A stretch of DNA of 64,000 nucleotides, taken from IMG/VR virus record IMGVR_UViG_3300037010_003311, positions 1-64,000 of that record; one strand, 5' to 3'. The stretch's first letter is position 1. Each line of letters opens with the position of its first letter. A model generated the notes under the pieces. That model did no database searches, was not told the DNA's origin, and was given only the letters and a program-made list of their open reading frames with translations. A program made the translations under genes and the position numbers. Shown here piece by piece: positions 50,005 to 59,387 of this stretch.

Positions 50005-51089
50005 TGTTAATAGATCCTGCGAATACTCATATTTGTACCCCAGAACTTTATCAACAGTTAATGGATATGATTAAAAAACAACAAATTGCATTTCATCAAT
50101 TTTATAACGTTGAGATAGAAACTGATGAATTACCATTTCTAAATTTCATGCAAACCTATAAAGATAATCAAGCTACAAAGGTTTTAAATAAAACCTACTA
50201 CGATATCGAAACTTATGGTGTCAATGAAAATGGTGAAATAGTAGATGAATTCCCGGAAGTAGATAAAGCTGCGTTTCCAGTAAACGCTGTAGCCTTATAT
50301 AACAATATTACTAATGAAGCTACCATTATATCTTATGTAAATGATTGTAACATTACTGATCCAGTAGCTTTACAAGCTGGGGTTGAAGAATACTATGCTA
50401 AAACGGTCATAGAAAATCCAATCTATGAAATTCAAGATTTAAAAATCATAGTCGAAATAGTTGAAAATGAAAAACAACTTTTCCAATCATTTCATACCAA
50501 AATTCATTCGTTAGATACACTAATGTTGATTGGATTCAATAGTTCATTATTCGATGATGTATATATGATGAATAGAGGATCTAAGCTTTTTGGTGAGGAA
50601 GTATATCATAGTATGGTTTCAGAATTTCAAGTTACCAAATATAGTAGCCGGGTATTTGAGTGGCCAGATTATCTTTTGGTTGATCTATTAAAACTATACC
50701 AACCAGTTGATTCTGGTGGTATGGGCCTAGGCCAATCATTATCAAGTTATAAGCTAGATAATATTGCCGAAGTTGAATTAGGTATACAAAAATTAGATCT
50801 TGATGGGGGTTTCGTAAAAACCTATAGAACCAACATCGTTCAATATTTGACATACAACCTGATGGATACACTATTGACTTTTAAATTAGATCAAAAACTT
50901 CAATTTATTGAGCAAATTTATAGCTTATCGAAGTATAATAATTCGTCGATTGGTGCAACTATTAATGGTCGGTCAATCATGTATAAATATAGAAACGATC
51001 TTATTTATGCTAATCAAAAAAAATTGATCCGTGCTAAAAAATATTCTAGGGAAGTTTTTTATCAGATTGAAAAGGAGGTTAAAAAGTGA
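50004..51089 (+). CDS. family B DNA polymerase 3'-5' exonuclease domain as a separate gene
   Basis: ExoI YDIET, ExoII GFNS..FD..Y, YKLD.IA..ELG..K, ExoIII YN..D. Confidence 0.88.
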   Translation: MLIDPANTHICTPELYQQLMDMIKKQQIAFHQFYNVEIETDELPFLNFMQTYKDNQATKVLNKTYYDIETYGVNENGEIVDEFPEVDKAAFPVNAVALYNNITNEATIISYVNDCNITDPVALQAGVEEYYAKTVIENPIYEIQDLKIIVEIVENEKQLFQSFHTKIHSLDTLMLIGFNSSLFDDVYMMNRGSKLFGEEVYHSMVSEFQVTKYSSRVFEWPDYLLVDLLKLYQPVDSGGMGLGQSLSSYKLDNIAEVELGIQKLDLDGGFVKTYRTNIVQYLTYNLMDTLLTFKLDQKLQFIEQIYSLSKYNNSSIGATINGRSIMYKYRNDLIYANQKKLIRAKKYSREVFYQIEKEVKK

Positions 51090-51529
51090 AACAACTTGGA
51101 TCCGAGAATTTAACTATAATTGATAAATTAGAAAATATTAATAAGTTAACTTCCGATATAGACCAAAATATAAAACTGTGTAAATCAATTATAACAGTAA
51201 ATAATAAAGTCTCCGAGGATACATTAGAGCTCATCGAATCTATAAATTTAGATATTGATAAGCTTAAACAAGAGCAATTTTATATACTCGAAAATAATTA
51301 TAATTCAAAACTAACGTTCCGTGGCATCGAATATCGAGTATTAGAATTGATTAAAATTAAAGAAGCGTTAAAAGCTAAAATGGATGCAATTATTGATTAT
51401 TTAAAAGTCATGGAAGATCAGGAGATTGATCAATACCACCTTAGAGTCCAAACCTTATTAAATACAATAAAAACGGAATACCGAGATATAAATAGAGTGT
51501 TGTATCTCCACAATACTAAAAAGGCTTAG
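51086..51529 (+). CDS. coiled-coil hypothetical protein
   Basis: GTG after AGGAGG. Confidence 0.6.
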   Translation: MKQLGSENLTIIDKLENINKLTSDIDQNIKLCKSIITVNNKVSEDTLELIESINLDIDKLKQEQFYILENNYNSKLTFRGIEYRVLELIKIKEALKAKMDAIIDYLKVMEDQEIDQYHLRVQTLLNTIKTEYRDINRVLYLHNTKKA

Positions 51530-51540
51530 AAAGGCGCAAG

Positions 51541-52383
51541 ATGAAAGAAAACGAAAAAAATAGATTCGAGTTAAGTGAAAGGGATCCATATCTTTCACAA
51601 ACTTTTTATAGCTTAGAGGGTGAAGGAATGACTCTAGGGCGAACAGCTTTATTCTTAAGAATAAATGGTTGTAATGCTACTTGTACATTCTGTGACACAA
51701 GTTTTAGTATCAAGGGTGAAGAAAAATATAATCTTGTAAATATGGCAGAACCAGAATTTGTGGATTATCTTCGTAAAGAATACCAGCATCTTGATATTGA
51801 ACATGTGAATTCTATTACTATAACCGGTGGTGAACCACTTAAAAATATTAAACAGTTTAATAGAATGTTTAAAAATATTCTACATGTGTTTCCTAAAGTG
51901 GAGCATGTAATATTCGAAACTAATGGTACCTACCTAAGTTCGACTAGTAACTGTTTAAAGCTATTACGAGAAATTGGAGAATTTATTAATATAGATCAGA
52001 TTAACTTTACTTTAAGTATCAGTCCAAAACTATCCAGTAAAATGAGCTGGAGTAAAACAGATGATGCTGAAGTTTTATCTTGGTATAACGATATTCTTCA
52101 TAATTATAAATATTATCTAAATCGTTATTTAGATATACAAATGAAGTTTATTCAATTTCCAAATGATAGTGAATACTTTAATTTGAATCAAAATCTAATA
52201 AATTTATGTAAGGAATACAATATTCCAAACTATAAGATATTGATTATGCCTTTTACTCCACCAGATCCACTTGGTAAAGATAGTGCTATTTGGACAGAAT
52301 CTAAAGATACTGCGGCGAGATATGCGTTAAAGCATAATTTTAGATACAGTCCTCGTATCCATATTGATCGCAAATTGGATTAA
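51541..52383 (+). CDS. queE: 7-carboxy-7-deazaguanine synthase (radical SAM)
   Basis: FYSLEGEG, FLR..GCNxxCxFCDT, TGGEP, ETNG, ISPK, SPRIH. Confidence 0.92.
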   Translation: MKENEKNRFELSERDPYLSQTFYSLEGEGMTLGRTALFLRINGCNATCTFCDTSFSIKGEEKYNLVNMAEPEFVDYLRKEYQHLDIEHVNSITITGGEPLKNIKQFNRMFKNILHVFPKVEHVIFETNGTYLSSTSNCLKLLREIGEFINIDQINFTLSISPKLSSKMSWSKTDDAEVLSWYNDILHNYKYYLNRYLDIQMKFIQFPNDSEYFNLNQNLINLCKEYNIPNYKILIMPFTPPDPLGKDSAIWTESKDTAARYALKHNFRYSPRIHIDRKLD

Positions 52384-52385
52384 TT

Positions 52386-53666
52386 ATGGGAAATGTTAGT
52401 ATCCGGGATATTACTGCTTATGTTTGGAATACATCTCTTAATAACTACAGTCCGGTAGCTACATCTGATTTCGAAGTACATAAAGATCCGATCAGGACCC
52501 AACACAGTGATGGTAACCAGTATCGATTAAAGATTAATGCTATCTCAAGTACTATAGATGAGGTTAATCCAGTTTTTAATATGTTTGGTATTATTAATAC
52601 AACTGATACAAATAATGAGCATTTCTGGCTTAAAAAATGTTTTAAAGTTGAGGTTAACATATCATCTCAAATTAAAGTAATTTATCTGTTACCAATGTCC
52701 TATAATGTTAACTTGGAGAAATCAGTAACTTATATCTGTATGGAAATGAGCGAACGATTATTAGAGCTTGGAAATTTTAAATACTTTACGGAATTAGGAT
52801 TATCCGATTTTACAACATTTTTCAAAAATCGGATAACTGAAGCAAATAACTATTTAAATGAATTGGCCAAGTTAGCTTGCAAGCTTGATAAGTCTTTTGA
52901 AGGATTTAAGATTATTCCGAGAGCACCAGTTAGTACTATGGATCGGGCTTCTAATCAGATAAATAATAATAACATTATGCAGCTAGCCGATCAGTTATTC
53001 GAACTCGGCTGGTTTAAATGTCCAGCATATGCGAGTTATGATTCCTTTGATTTACAAGCTATGTCAGCTAACCCAAAAGATAAGTGTATTATAACGTATA
53101 AGATACTTGATCTAGGGGATATTCGAAAAATAACTAACGCAGTAAATGTTACTACTATGGCTCTATATTCTGGGTTACAAGATCAAACAGTGAAGCCATT
53201 TTTTGATACCGCATTTTTTGATAATTTTATCAATAAGAAAGCTACATTTGAATTTTCAAAATATGGTTCTTGGGTAAACTGTCTTATGGATGGTGGGCTT
53301 GAACAGGGTGATAGTACTAATCGTATTGAATTGGAAGCATTATTTGGTTCCAAAGAAAATATGGAAGCTAAACTCTGTTGTTTAAAACAACTCGTAGCTA
53401 TTAATCCACAAGTCTATTCATATGTATTACCAAATATGTTGTTAGGCGCAGATTTTGGGGTTTATAATCTTGGCTCGGGTGGTATTACTGCCTATGATTT
53501 TATAGTAGCTATAAACTATTCGGCCACCAATTTAGATGGCCGAACGGATGGTAGCAATTTAACGTTTACTACTAAATTAAAAACGCTAAAATTTAATTAT
53601 CCGATAATACAAACGGATTTTTATAATAACTTAAATATTAATGGGACACCATGTTTAAATGGATGA
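52386..53666 (+). CDS. hypothetical protein
   Basis: 426-aa ORF, no motif recognised. Confidence 0.75.
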   Translation: MGNVSIRDITAYVWNTSLNNYSPVATSDFEVHKDPIRTQHSDGNQYRLKINAISSTIDEVNPVFNMFGIINTTDTNNEHFWLKKCFKVEVNISSQIKVIYLLPMSYNVNLEKSVTYICMEMSERLLELGNFKYFTELGLSDFTTFFKNRITEANNYLNELAKLACKLDKSFEGFKIIPRAPVSTMDRASNQINNNNIMQLADQLFELGWFKCPAYASYDSFDLQAMSANPKDKCIITYKILDLGDIRKITNAVNVTTMALYSGLQDQTVKPFFDTAFFDNFINKKATFEFSKYGSWVNCLMDGGLEQGDSTNRIELEALFGSKENMEAKLCCLKQLVAINPQVYSYVLPNMLLGADFGVYNLGSGGITAYDFIVAINYSATNLDGRTDGSNLTFTTKLKTLKFNYPIIQTDFYNNLNINGTPCLNG

Positions 53667-53697
53667 CATTAATAACAATAACCATTAAAGGGAAATC

Positions 53698-54168
53698 ATG
53701 GGAACGCACAAACGAAAGTCGAAGCGAGTAGAACTCCTTGAATTATCAAGGCAGCAGGAATTAAGAAGTGTATTAACTCCAGAAGAATACGATTATAAAT
53801 TTAAGTCGTTTCTGACAGAGTTTAATATTGATCCGGCTTATATGAATTTTTATAAATTTTTACAAGATCCGGAATTCGAATTACCTCTTCAGGGGCTTTT
53901 AAGTCTTATACGTGGCGCTGGTTTTGATCTTCAGTTAACACTAGTGAATAAAAATTTTAAATACGATGATGCAAAAGAGTGGGACCAATTCCTAACTCAT
54001 TTAAAAAATGTAGTATTTAAATACCATGTACCTAAAAAGATTATTGACCCAACAGATGGAAAACCTCTCAAAAAGAGAGTTAGTTCGAAAACAATAATGA
54101 CTTCTATGAACGAGGTTGATACAATATCTACTTCAGAATTACAAAATCTTATGGATGAGGTTTGGTAA
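53698..54168 (+). CDS. hypothetical protein
   Basis: ORF with RBS. Confidence 0.65.
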   Translation: MGTHKRKSKRVELLELSRQQELRSVLTPEEYDYKFKSFLTEFNIDPAYMNFYKFLQDPEFELPLQGLLSLIRGAGFDLQLTLVNKNFKYDDAKEWDQFLTHLKNVVFKYHVPKKIIDPTDGKPLKKRVSSKTIMTSMNEVDTISTSELQNLMDEVW

Positions 54169-54189
54169 TTTAATATATAAAGAGGTTTT

Positions 54190-54942
54190 ATGACAGGATT
54201 ACCAGGGGCGGGAATACCAGGACAAGGTGTACCACAATATCAACAACAGGTACCATCATCATATCAACAAGTTGGTGTACCACAAGCTACGGTGCCAATG
54301 CAACAAGCTACGGTGCCAATGCAACCAATGCAACAAGCTACGGTGCCAATGCAACCAATGCAACAAGCTACGGTGCCAAGCAACGGATTACCAGGACCGA
54401 CGAATACTAGTACCTACCGAAATTTAATTACTGTAGGAACTATTACCCATACTGGTAACCAACTATTTGAAATTAATGGTAGAATTGATATTACCGATAA
54501 ATTCCCAGATGAATTTGCGTTTGTTTGGATTGCACCATCAGTTATTAATAATACTAAACAATCAAATAGAAGTTATGTATTGACTGATAAAATTAATATG
54601 AAATTCAGTTCAGAAGAGTTGCATGGATTAGCAGAAGCTTTAACAGAAGCTGGTATGTGGGGACGTTGTTCTTTTATTAAATTTAGTGATCCAAAAAAAT
54701 CGGGGTCGAACAATAACACTACCTCAAATGATTCAAAAAAGTTTACTGTTACTGCAAGCGTAGAAGGTGATAAAGTTAAAGTATTTATGAACATCATACA
54801 GGGTTCTAAAAAAATAGCTATGCCATTAGAAAAGTATACCGCATTAGGTTTAGCTCATCAAATACATGATTTAGCTACGGAAATTAATAGAATGAAATTT
54901 GAGCTAGATAGAGAAAGAGCAAAAAATTTTATTAAACAATAG
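54190..54942 (+). CDS. candidate Whirly-like ssDNA-binding protein with Gln/Pro-rich N-terminus
   Basis: IAP..RSY...K..MKFS..E, F.DP.K, KKFTV, IAMPL in the same order as plant Whirly motifs. Confidence 0.55.
   Translation: MTGLPGAGIPGQGVPQYQQQVPSSYQQVGVPQATVPMQQATVPMQPMQQATVPMQPMQQATVPSNGLPGPTNTSTYRNLITVGTITHTGNQLFEINGRIDITDKFPDEFAFVWIAPSVINNTKQSNRSYVLTDKINMKFSSEELHGLAEALTEAGMWGRCSFIKFSDPKKSGSNNNTTSNDSKKFTVTASVEGDKVKVFMNIIQGSKKIAMPLEKYTALGLAHQIHDLATEINRMKFELDRERAKNFIKQ
54283..54379 (+). repeat. in-frame 21/30-bp tandem repeat (QQATVPM(QPM))
   Basis: CAAGCTACGGTGCCAA four times. Confidence 0.9.
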
Positions 54943-54953
54943 GATTAGACAAT

Positions 54954-55406
54954 TTGAAACTTGATTCTAATATTTCGAATCAGACTTATACTGATTATCT
55001 ATTATCAAAATCAAATCGGTCTTTACGAGATACCGGGATACCCGGTATTCATATTCATTATTCCAGGAATAGGAGCGAAGTTTTTTTCCGGCCAACCCTA
55101 AAGATAAATAAAAAAGATATAATGAAACATCGTAATTTTGATTTAAACTATTTTGGGCTTTGGATAGCAATCCGATATTACAATAAAATAGTTTTAGATT
55201 TTGCAACAGATGAAAAAAATAAGGATACTCGGTTAAATATAAATACAGTTTTCGATTTTATGTTATTCAATAACGTAAAACTTGATCAACAAGTATACGA
55301 AGCTATTGCAAATAGAGATGAAAAATCTTTACAATTGCTTTATGAAATTACTTTCAATCAAAAACCATTTGATTTCGAAAGTATTATTAACGATATACAA
55401 ACGTGA
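54954..55406 (+). CDS. hypothetical protein
   Basis: TTG after AGGA. Confidence 0.55.
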   Translation: MKLDSNISNQTYTDYLLSKSNRSLRDTGIPGIHIHYSRNRSEVFFRPTLKINKKDIMKHRNFDLNYFGLWIAIRYYNKIVLDFATDEKNKDTRLNINTVFDFMLFNNVKLDQQVYEAIANRDEKSLQLLYEITFNQKPFDFESIINDIQT

Positions 55407-55433
55407 AAAATATAAAGGTTAAAAGGATTAATT

Positions 55434-55865
55434 TTGATAGATTTAAAAATGAGTGAAACAGAAGTATCTCCACCAGCAATTGCGGAAGTAAATGCCTCTA
55501 CCGATTTAGATACTGGTGGGAAATATACAAAGATTATAAATCTTACGAATCATAAACTAACGGAAATTCTTAGTGGGATCCAAATTGATTTCTCTGAGAG
55601 TGGCGTAGCTAGAGTTGATTGTAGAGATGAAATCATTTATCGTGATCCATCTGGTTATACAATTTCTCGTACAAAATATGTACATATTGTTGGCATCGAT
55701 TTGGATAATATTAATCCAAATCATTTATACATAGTTTCAGCTGTGGTATTGAATGCCATTCGTGAACGTGGATTACAATTTGATAATATTGTGGCACCAG
55801 CTAAAATCATTAGGGATAGTGATAACAACGTTATTGCGGCTAGGGGGTTCCGAGTAAATGGTTAA
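55434..55865 (+). CDS. phage hypothetical protein
   Basis: NLT.H, SGVARV, YIVS, RD..N.I...GF motifs. Confidence 0.65.
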   Translation: MIDLKMSETEVSPPAIAEVNASTDLDTGGKYTKIINLTNHKLTEILSGIQIDFSESGVARVDCRDEIIYRDPSGYTISRTKYVHIVGIDLDNINPNHLYIVSAVVLNAIRERGLQFDNIVAPAKIIRDSDNNVIAARGFRVNG

Positions 55866-57418
55866 TGGAAAAGTTAAAATTAGAAATTGAGCAAAAATTA
55901 TTCAATTCCAGGAACCGAATCGATTATGTATATTTGAAAAAATATCCAGAAATCTTAAATCGGGCCCAAGAGCATATGACTGGATTTGATGATAAGATTA
56001 CTTCATCTCAATTAGTTTTATTTTTTTACGAAGGTATATTGTCACCACCTAAGTGTCAGAACGCACATTGTGAAAAATATGTTAAGTGGTGGTCGAATAA
56101 AAAATGCTTTTCCAAATATTGTTGCATAAAATGTAGTAATTCTGATCCAGAAAAAGATCAAACAACTATTAAAAATAATATGGAAAAATATGGTGTACCA
56201 AGAGCATCTATGACCACTGAATCTAAACAGAAACTTTTAAATACTAATTTGTGCCGGTATGGTGTAAGTAGTACCGCTCAATTAAAAGAAGTAAAAGATA
56301 AAGCTAAACAAACCTGTTTAAAAAAGTATAATTATATATCAAGTTCTATATCCGATATAAAAAATCTGGAAGAATATTCTAATCGGGATTTTATAATTGA
56401 AAATTTTATAAACGATAATATTTTTGATTTATATGGATTTCGAAATTATTTTAATTGTGGTCAAGTTGCTGCTCATAATACTTTAAACCGCTTAAATATT
56501 GATTATAATAAGTACGCGGCAAGAAATACTTTTATAGAGCGGATCGTTGAAGATTTTTTAAAAGAAAATAATATAACTTTTATCAAAAATGATAGAATGG
56601 TTCTTAATGGTAAAGAACTTGATTTCTATTTACCAGAGCATAAGCTTGGAGTAGAATTAAATGGTTTATATTGGCATAGTTATAATACAAAAACAAAAAT
56701 TTTAAAATCAAAAAAAGATATTAAAAATTTTCACCGTATTAAAACCGATAGATGTGAAGAACAGAATATACAACTTTTTCATATATTCGAAAATGAAATT
56801 CTTTATAAGTTTGAGATATGGAAATCAGTATTAGAAAACACTCTTGGTAGAAGCATACAACTAGAAGCCGAGGATCATACTATTAAGCCGGTACCCAAAT
56901 ATGATATAAAACCATTTCTAGAAGCTAATCACTTACAAGGTTACTGCTCAAGTTCAATTGCTTATGGTCTGTATTATAATAACAATAATACTGGAATACC
57001 AGAGCTAATAAGCATTATGACTTTTACTAAAGGTAGTGGAAGTGCTGATTGGGAGCTAATGCGATTTTGTAATAAACTTGGTTATAATGTTTATGGTGCA
57101 GCAAGCAGATTGCTTAAAGCATTTCGGGTTGGGTACAAAGGAAATATTAAAACCTGTGTAAATAGGCGCTGGTCGAATGGTAACTTATACCGACAACTTG
57201 GTTTCCAAGAAATTGGTATAAGTGAACCGAATAAATTCATTATTAATTTTAATAAGATTAATAATTTATATAGTAGACTAGCTTTTCAAAAATACAAATT
57301 GCCAAAAAATTCAAATTTCGATAATACTTTATCAGCTGATGAAAATATCATAAATAATGGTTATGGAATCATTTGGGATTCTGGTCAAATAAATTTTATC
57401 TTAAAAGGAGATATATGA
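55865..57418 (+). CDS. Hef-like free-standing homing endonuclease with C-terminal GNAT-like region
   Basis: N-terminal Cys cluster, KYG repeats, ELDFY..GVELNGLYWHS nuclease motif, NHLQG..ELMRF..GAASRL..LGF..WDSG. Confidence 0.75.
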   Translation: MEKLKLEIEQKLFNSRNRIDYVYLKKYPEILNRAQEHMTGFDDKITSSQLVLFFYEGILSPPKCQNAHCEKYVKWWSNKKCFSKYCCIKCSNSDPEKDQTTIKNNMEKYGVPRASMTTESKQKLLNTNLCRYGVSSTAQLKEVKDKAKQTCLKKYNYISSSISDIKNLEEYSNRDFIIENFINDNIFDLYGFRNYFNCGQVAAHNTLNRLNIDYNKYAARNTFIERIVEDFLKENNITFIKNDRMVLNGKELDFYLPEHKLGVELNGLYWHSYNTKTKILKSKKDIKNFHRIKTDRCEEQNIQLFHIFENEILYKFEIWKSVLENTLGRSIQLEAEDHTIKPVPKYDIKPFLEANHLQGYCSSSIAYGLYYNNNNTGIPELISIMTFTKGSGSADWELMRFCNKLGYNVYGAASRLLKAFRVGYKGNIKTCVNRRWSNGNLYRQLGFQEIGISEPNKFIINFNKINNLYSRLAFQKYKLPKNSNFDNTLSADENIINNGYGIIWDSGQINFILKGDI

Positions 57419-58737
57419 AATATGCAGCGGTATTAAGCTCACAACCTGGTGCGGATGTATATACGCCAATCTTTAATTACTTCCCGGATTACTTAATTAC
57501 GCTTGGTGAACCAACAGCTGGTAATGCAAATAAGATTAAAACAGCAGGTTGGGATATCCAAACAATTGTAAAGCATGCAAAAAAAATAATCTATAAAGAG
57601 AATATGGGGGATGGAAAAAATCTTTACATAGATTCAGGTGGTTTTCAAATCATCAAAGGGCACATCACTAGAAATATGCTATCGGTATACGAGCAATGCT
57701 TCCATGATATTATTGAAAAAATGTATAGTGACATCTATCGTATATTTTCATTAGATATTTTTAATTTTAAGATGTCCCCAGAAGATGCCCATTACTATAA
57801 TATGGTTAGTATTCGTGACAGTATTGATCTAATTAAAATGATACCATCTATTGCAGATAAAGAACTATTTGTAATTCAAAGTACGAATAAGAATATGTTT
57901 GATCTTTGGAAACAGATTATGGTAGAACAAAAAGTTTTTGATTATTTTAAACTATGGTCACTTGGTGGGTTAGTTGGTTTAAAAAAAGATACTAATGCTG
58001 ATTTCAGTCATGCAGTACCAGCTACTTTGTGGTTACTAACCTATGCTAAGCACTATAATGGTACAATTAACCAGGTGCACTGGTTAGGGCAAAGTTCAAG
58101 GCTTGCGTTTTTAAGTATGGCAATGATTGAATCATTATATGGTATAAACATGACTGCTGATAGCAGTCAGTTAATAAAATTCGCCCCGATTGAGCAGAAG
58201 ATGCCATTTATGTCTTTTGATGATGATATACAAGATTTCGTACTAGCCCAAGATCATATATCGATCGAAAAAATGCTTGCTAAACATTCACTTGGGTCAG
58301 CACATAGTAAAAAAGCGTTACAAAGTTTTAAAAACTATGCAATTAATAGCTCAACGTTTGTTGTTGCAGATCATGATGGTTCGGAAGAAGAACTATCCGA
58401 AGCCGATTACGATGATGCAATTTCTAATTTTTCTAAAAAATCGAAAAGCAAATTCAGTATCCCAAATGAAGATATAATTGAATTGCAGTCTCAAAATATA
58501 TTTTACGAGATGAAATTTGCTGAGAAGATTGTTACAGAATTGCTCAAGCATCCACTAGAGCATTGGAATACCGATAACCTAAAAGAGGTACACCCAATTC
58601 TTAATCGCGGCCGTATTGCTAAAGAGTTTAATAACAATCTAAACTATTTTAGAATCTTCGCTCCAATCATTGAAGCTGGTGATATTAAAGCGGCCGATGA
58701 AGTTATGTACAGTGTTCTAGAAAAATTCTCGAGATAA
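57415..58737 (+). CDS. divergent DpdA/TGT-like guanine transglycosylase
   Basis: YIDSGGFQ, SLD, VIQ, SLGGLV, H.LG, ADSS TGT-barrel motifs; context with queC, queE and folE. Confidence 0.72.
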   Translation: MKYAAVLSSQPGADVYTPIFNYFPDYLITLGEPTAGNANKIKTAGWDIQTIVKHAKKIIYKENMGDGKNLYIDSGGFQIIKGHITRNMLSVYEQCFHDIIEKMYSDIYRIFSLDIFNFKMSPEDAHYYNMVSIRDSIDLIKMIPSIADKELFVIQSTNKNMFDLWKQIMVEQKVFDYFKLWSLGGLVGLKKDTNADFSHAVPATLWLLTYAKHYNGTINQVHWLGQSSRLAFLSMAMIESLYGINMTADSSQLIKFAPIEQKMPFMSFDDDIQDFVLAQDHISIEKMLAKHSLGSAHSKKALQSFKNYAINSSTFVVADHDGSEEELSEADYDDAISNFSKKSKSKFSIPNEDIIELQSQNIFYEMKFAEKIVTELLKHPLEHWNTDNLKEVHPILNRGRIAKEFNNNLNYFRIFAPIIEAGDIKAADEVMYSVLEKFSR

Positions 58738-58746
58738 GGAATAGTT

Positions 58747-58926
58747 ATGGAAAAAAAATTTAAATTAGTTGAAATACTAAATGGTTGTAAAACTGGTGAA
58801 AGTATAACTCTTACCGAAGATGAATACAATAAGCTTAATCTAAAAAATGTTTTTAAAATCCATAAAGGGAATAACGTGCAAGAAATTGCGGTCGACAATA
58901 CATATTTTAAAAGCTTAAAATCATGA
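58747..58926 (+). CDS. 59-aa hypothetical protein (not in ORF track)
   Basis: AAGGA RBS; ATGA overlap with the next gene. Confidence 0.55.
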   Translation: MEKKFKLVEILNGCKTGESITLTEDEYNKLNLKNVFKIHKGNNVQEIAVDNTYFKSLKS

Positions 58927-59387
58927 GTGGTACAAACCACTCGGATACTATCTTAAAGACGATTGTCTTAATAAGTTGCGTCTCCAAGAAAAAGGCTGGT
59001 AAGCAACCAGCATGTAACTTATATGGTGGCCCATTGTTTTCAAGCAGTTGGGAATACGCCAAAAATCTTAAACCAGACTTCATTCATATTATGAGTGCAA
59101 AATATGGGTTAATTGATTATAAAGAGGTTATTGAACCATATGATGTTACATTAAATGATATGGATAAAGAAACAATACAAGTATGGTCAGATAAAGTATT
59201 CGAAGATTTAAAATCTAAATACGATATCGAAAAAACCAAGTTTATTATTCTTGCGGGTAAAAACTATTATTCTGGATTTATCGATAAATTACCACATATT
59301 GAATTACCACTTGGTAGTCTCCCTATTGGTAAAAGAGTACAATATCTTCAAAATCTGAATAAAAAATATAATCAAGGATTGTTATGA
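58923..59387 (+). CDS. DUF6884/YaaA-like protein
   Basis: LISC..KK, A..LY.G..F, SAKYGLI, I.PYD, AG..Y, IGKR. Confidence 0.75.
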   Translation: MSGTNHSDTILKTIVLISCVSKKKAGKQPACNLYGGPLFSSSWEYAKNLKPDFIHIMSAKYGLIDYKEVIEPYDVTLNDMDKETIQVWSDKVFEDLKSKYDIEKTKFIILAGKNYYSGFIDKLPHIELPLGSLPIGKRVQYLQNLNKKYNQGLL

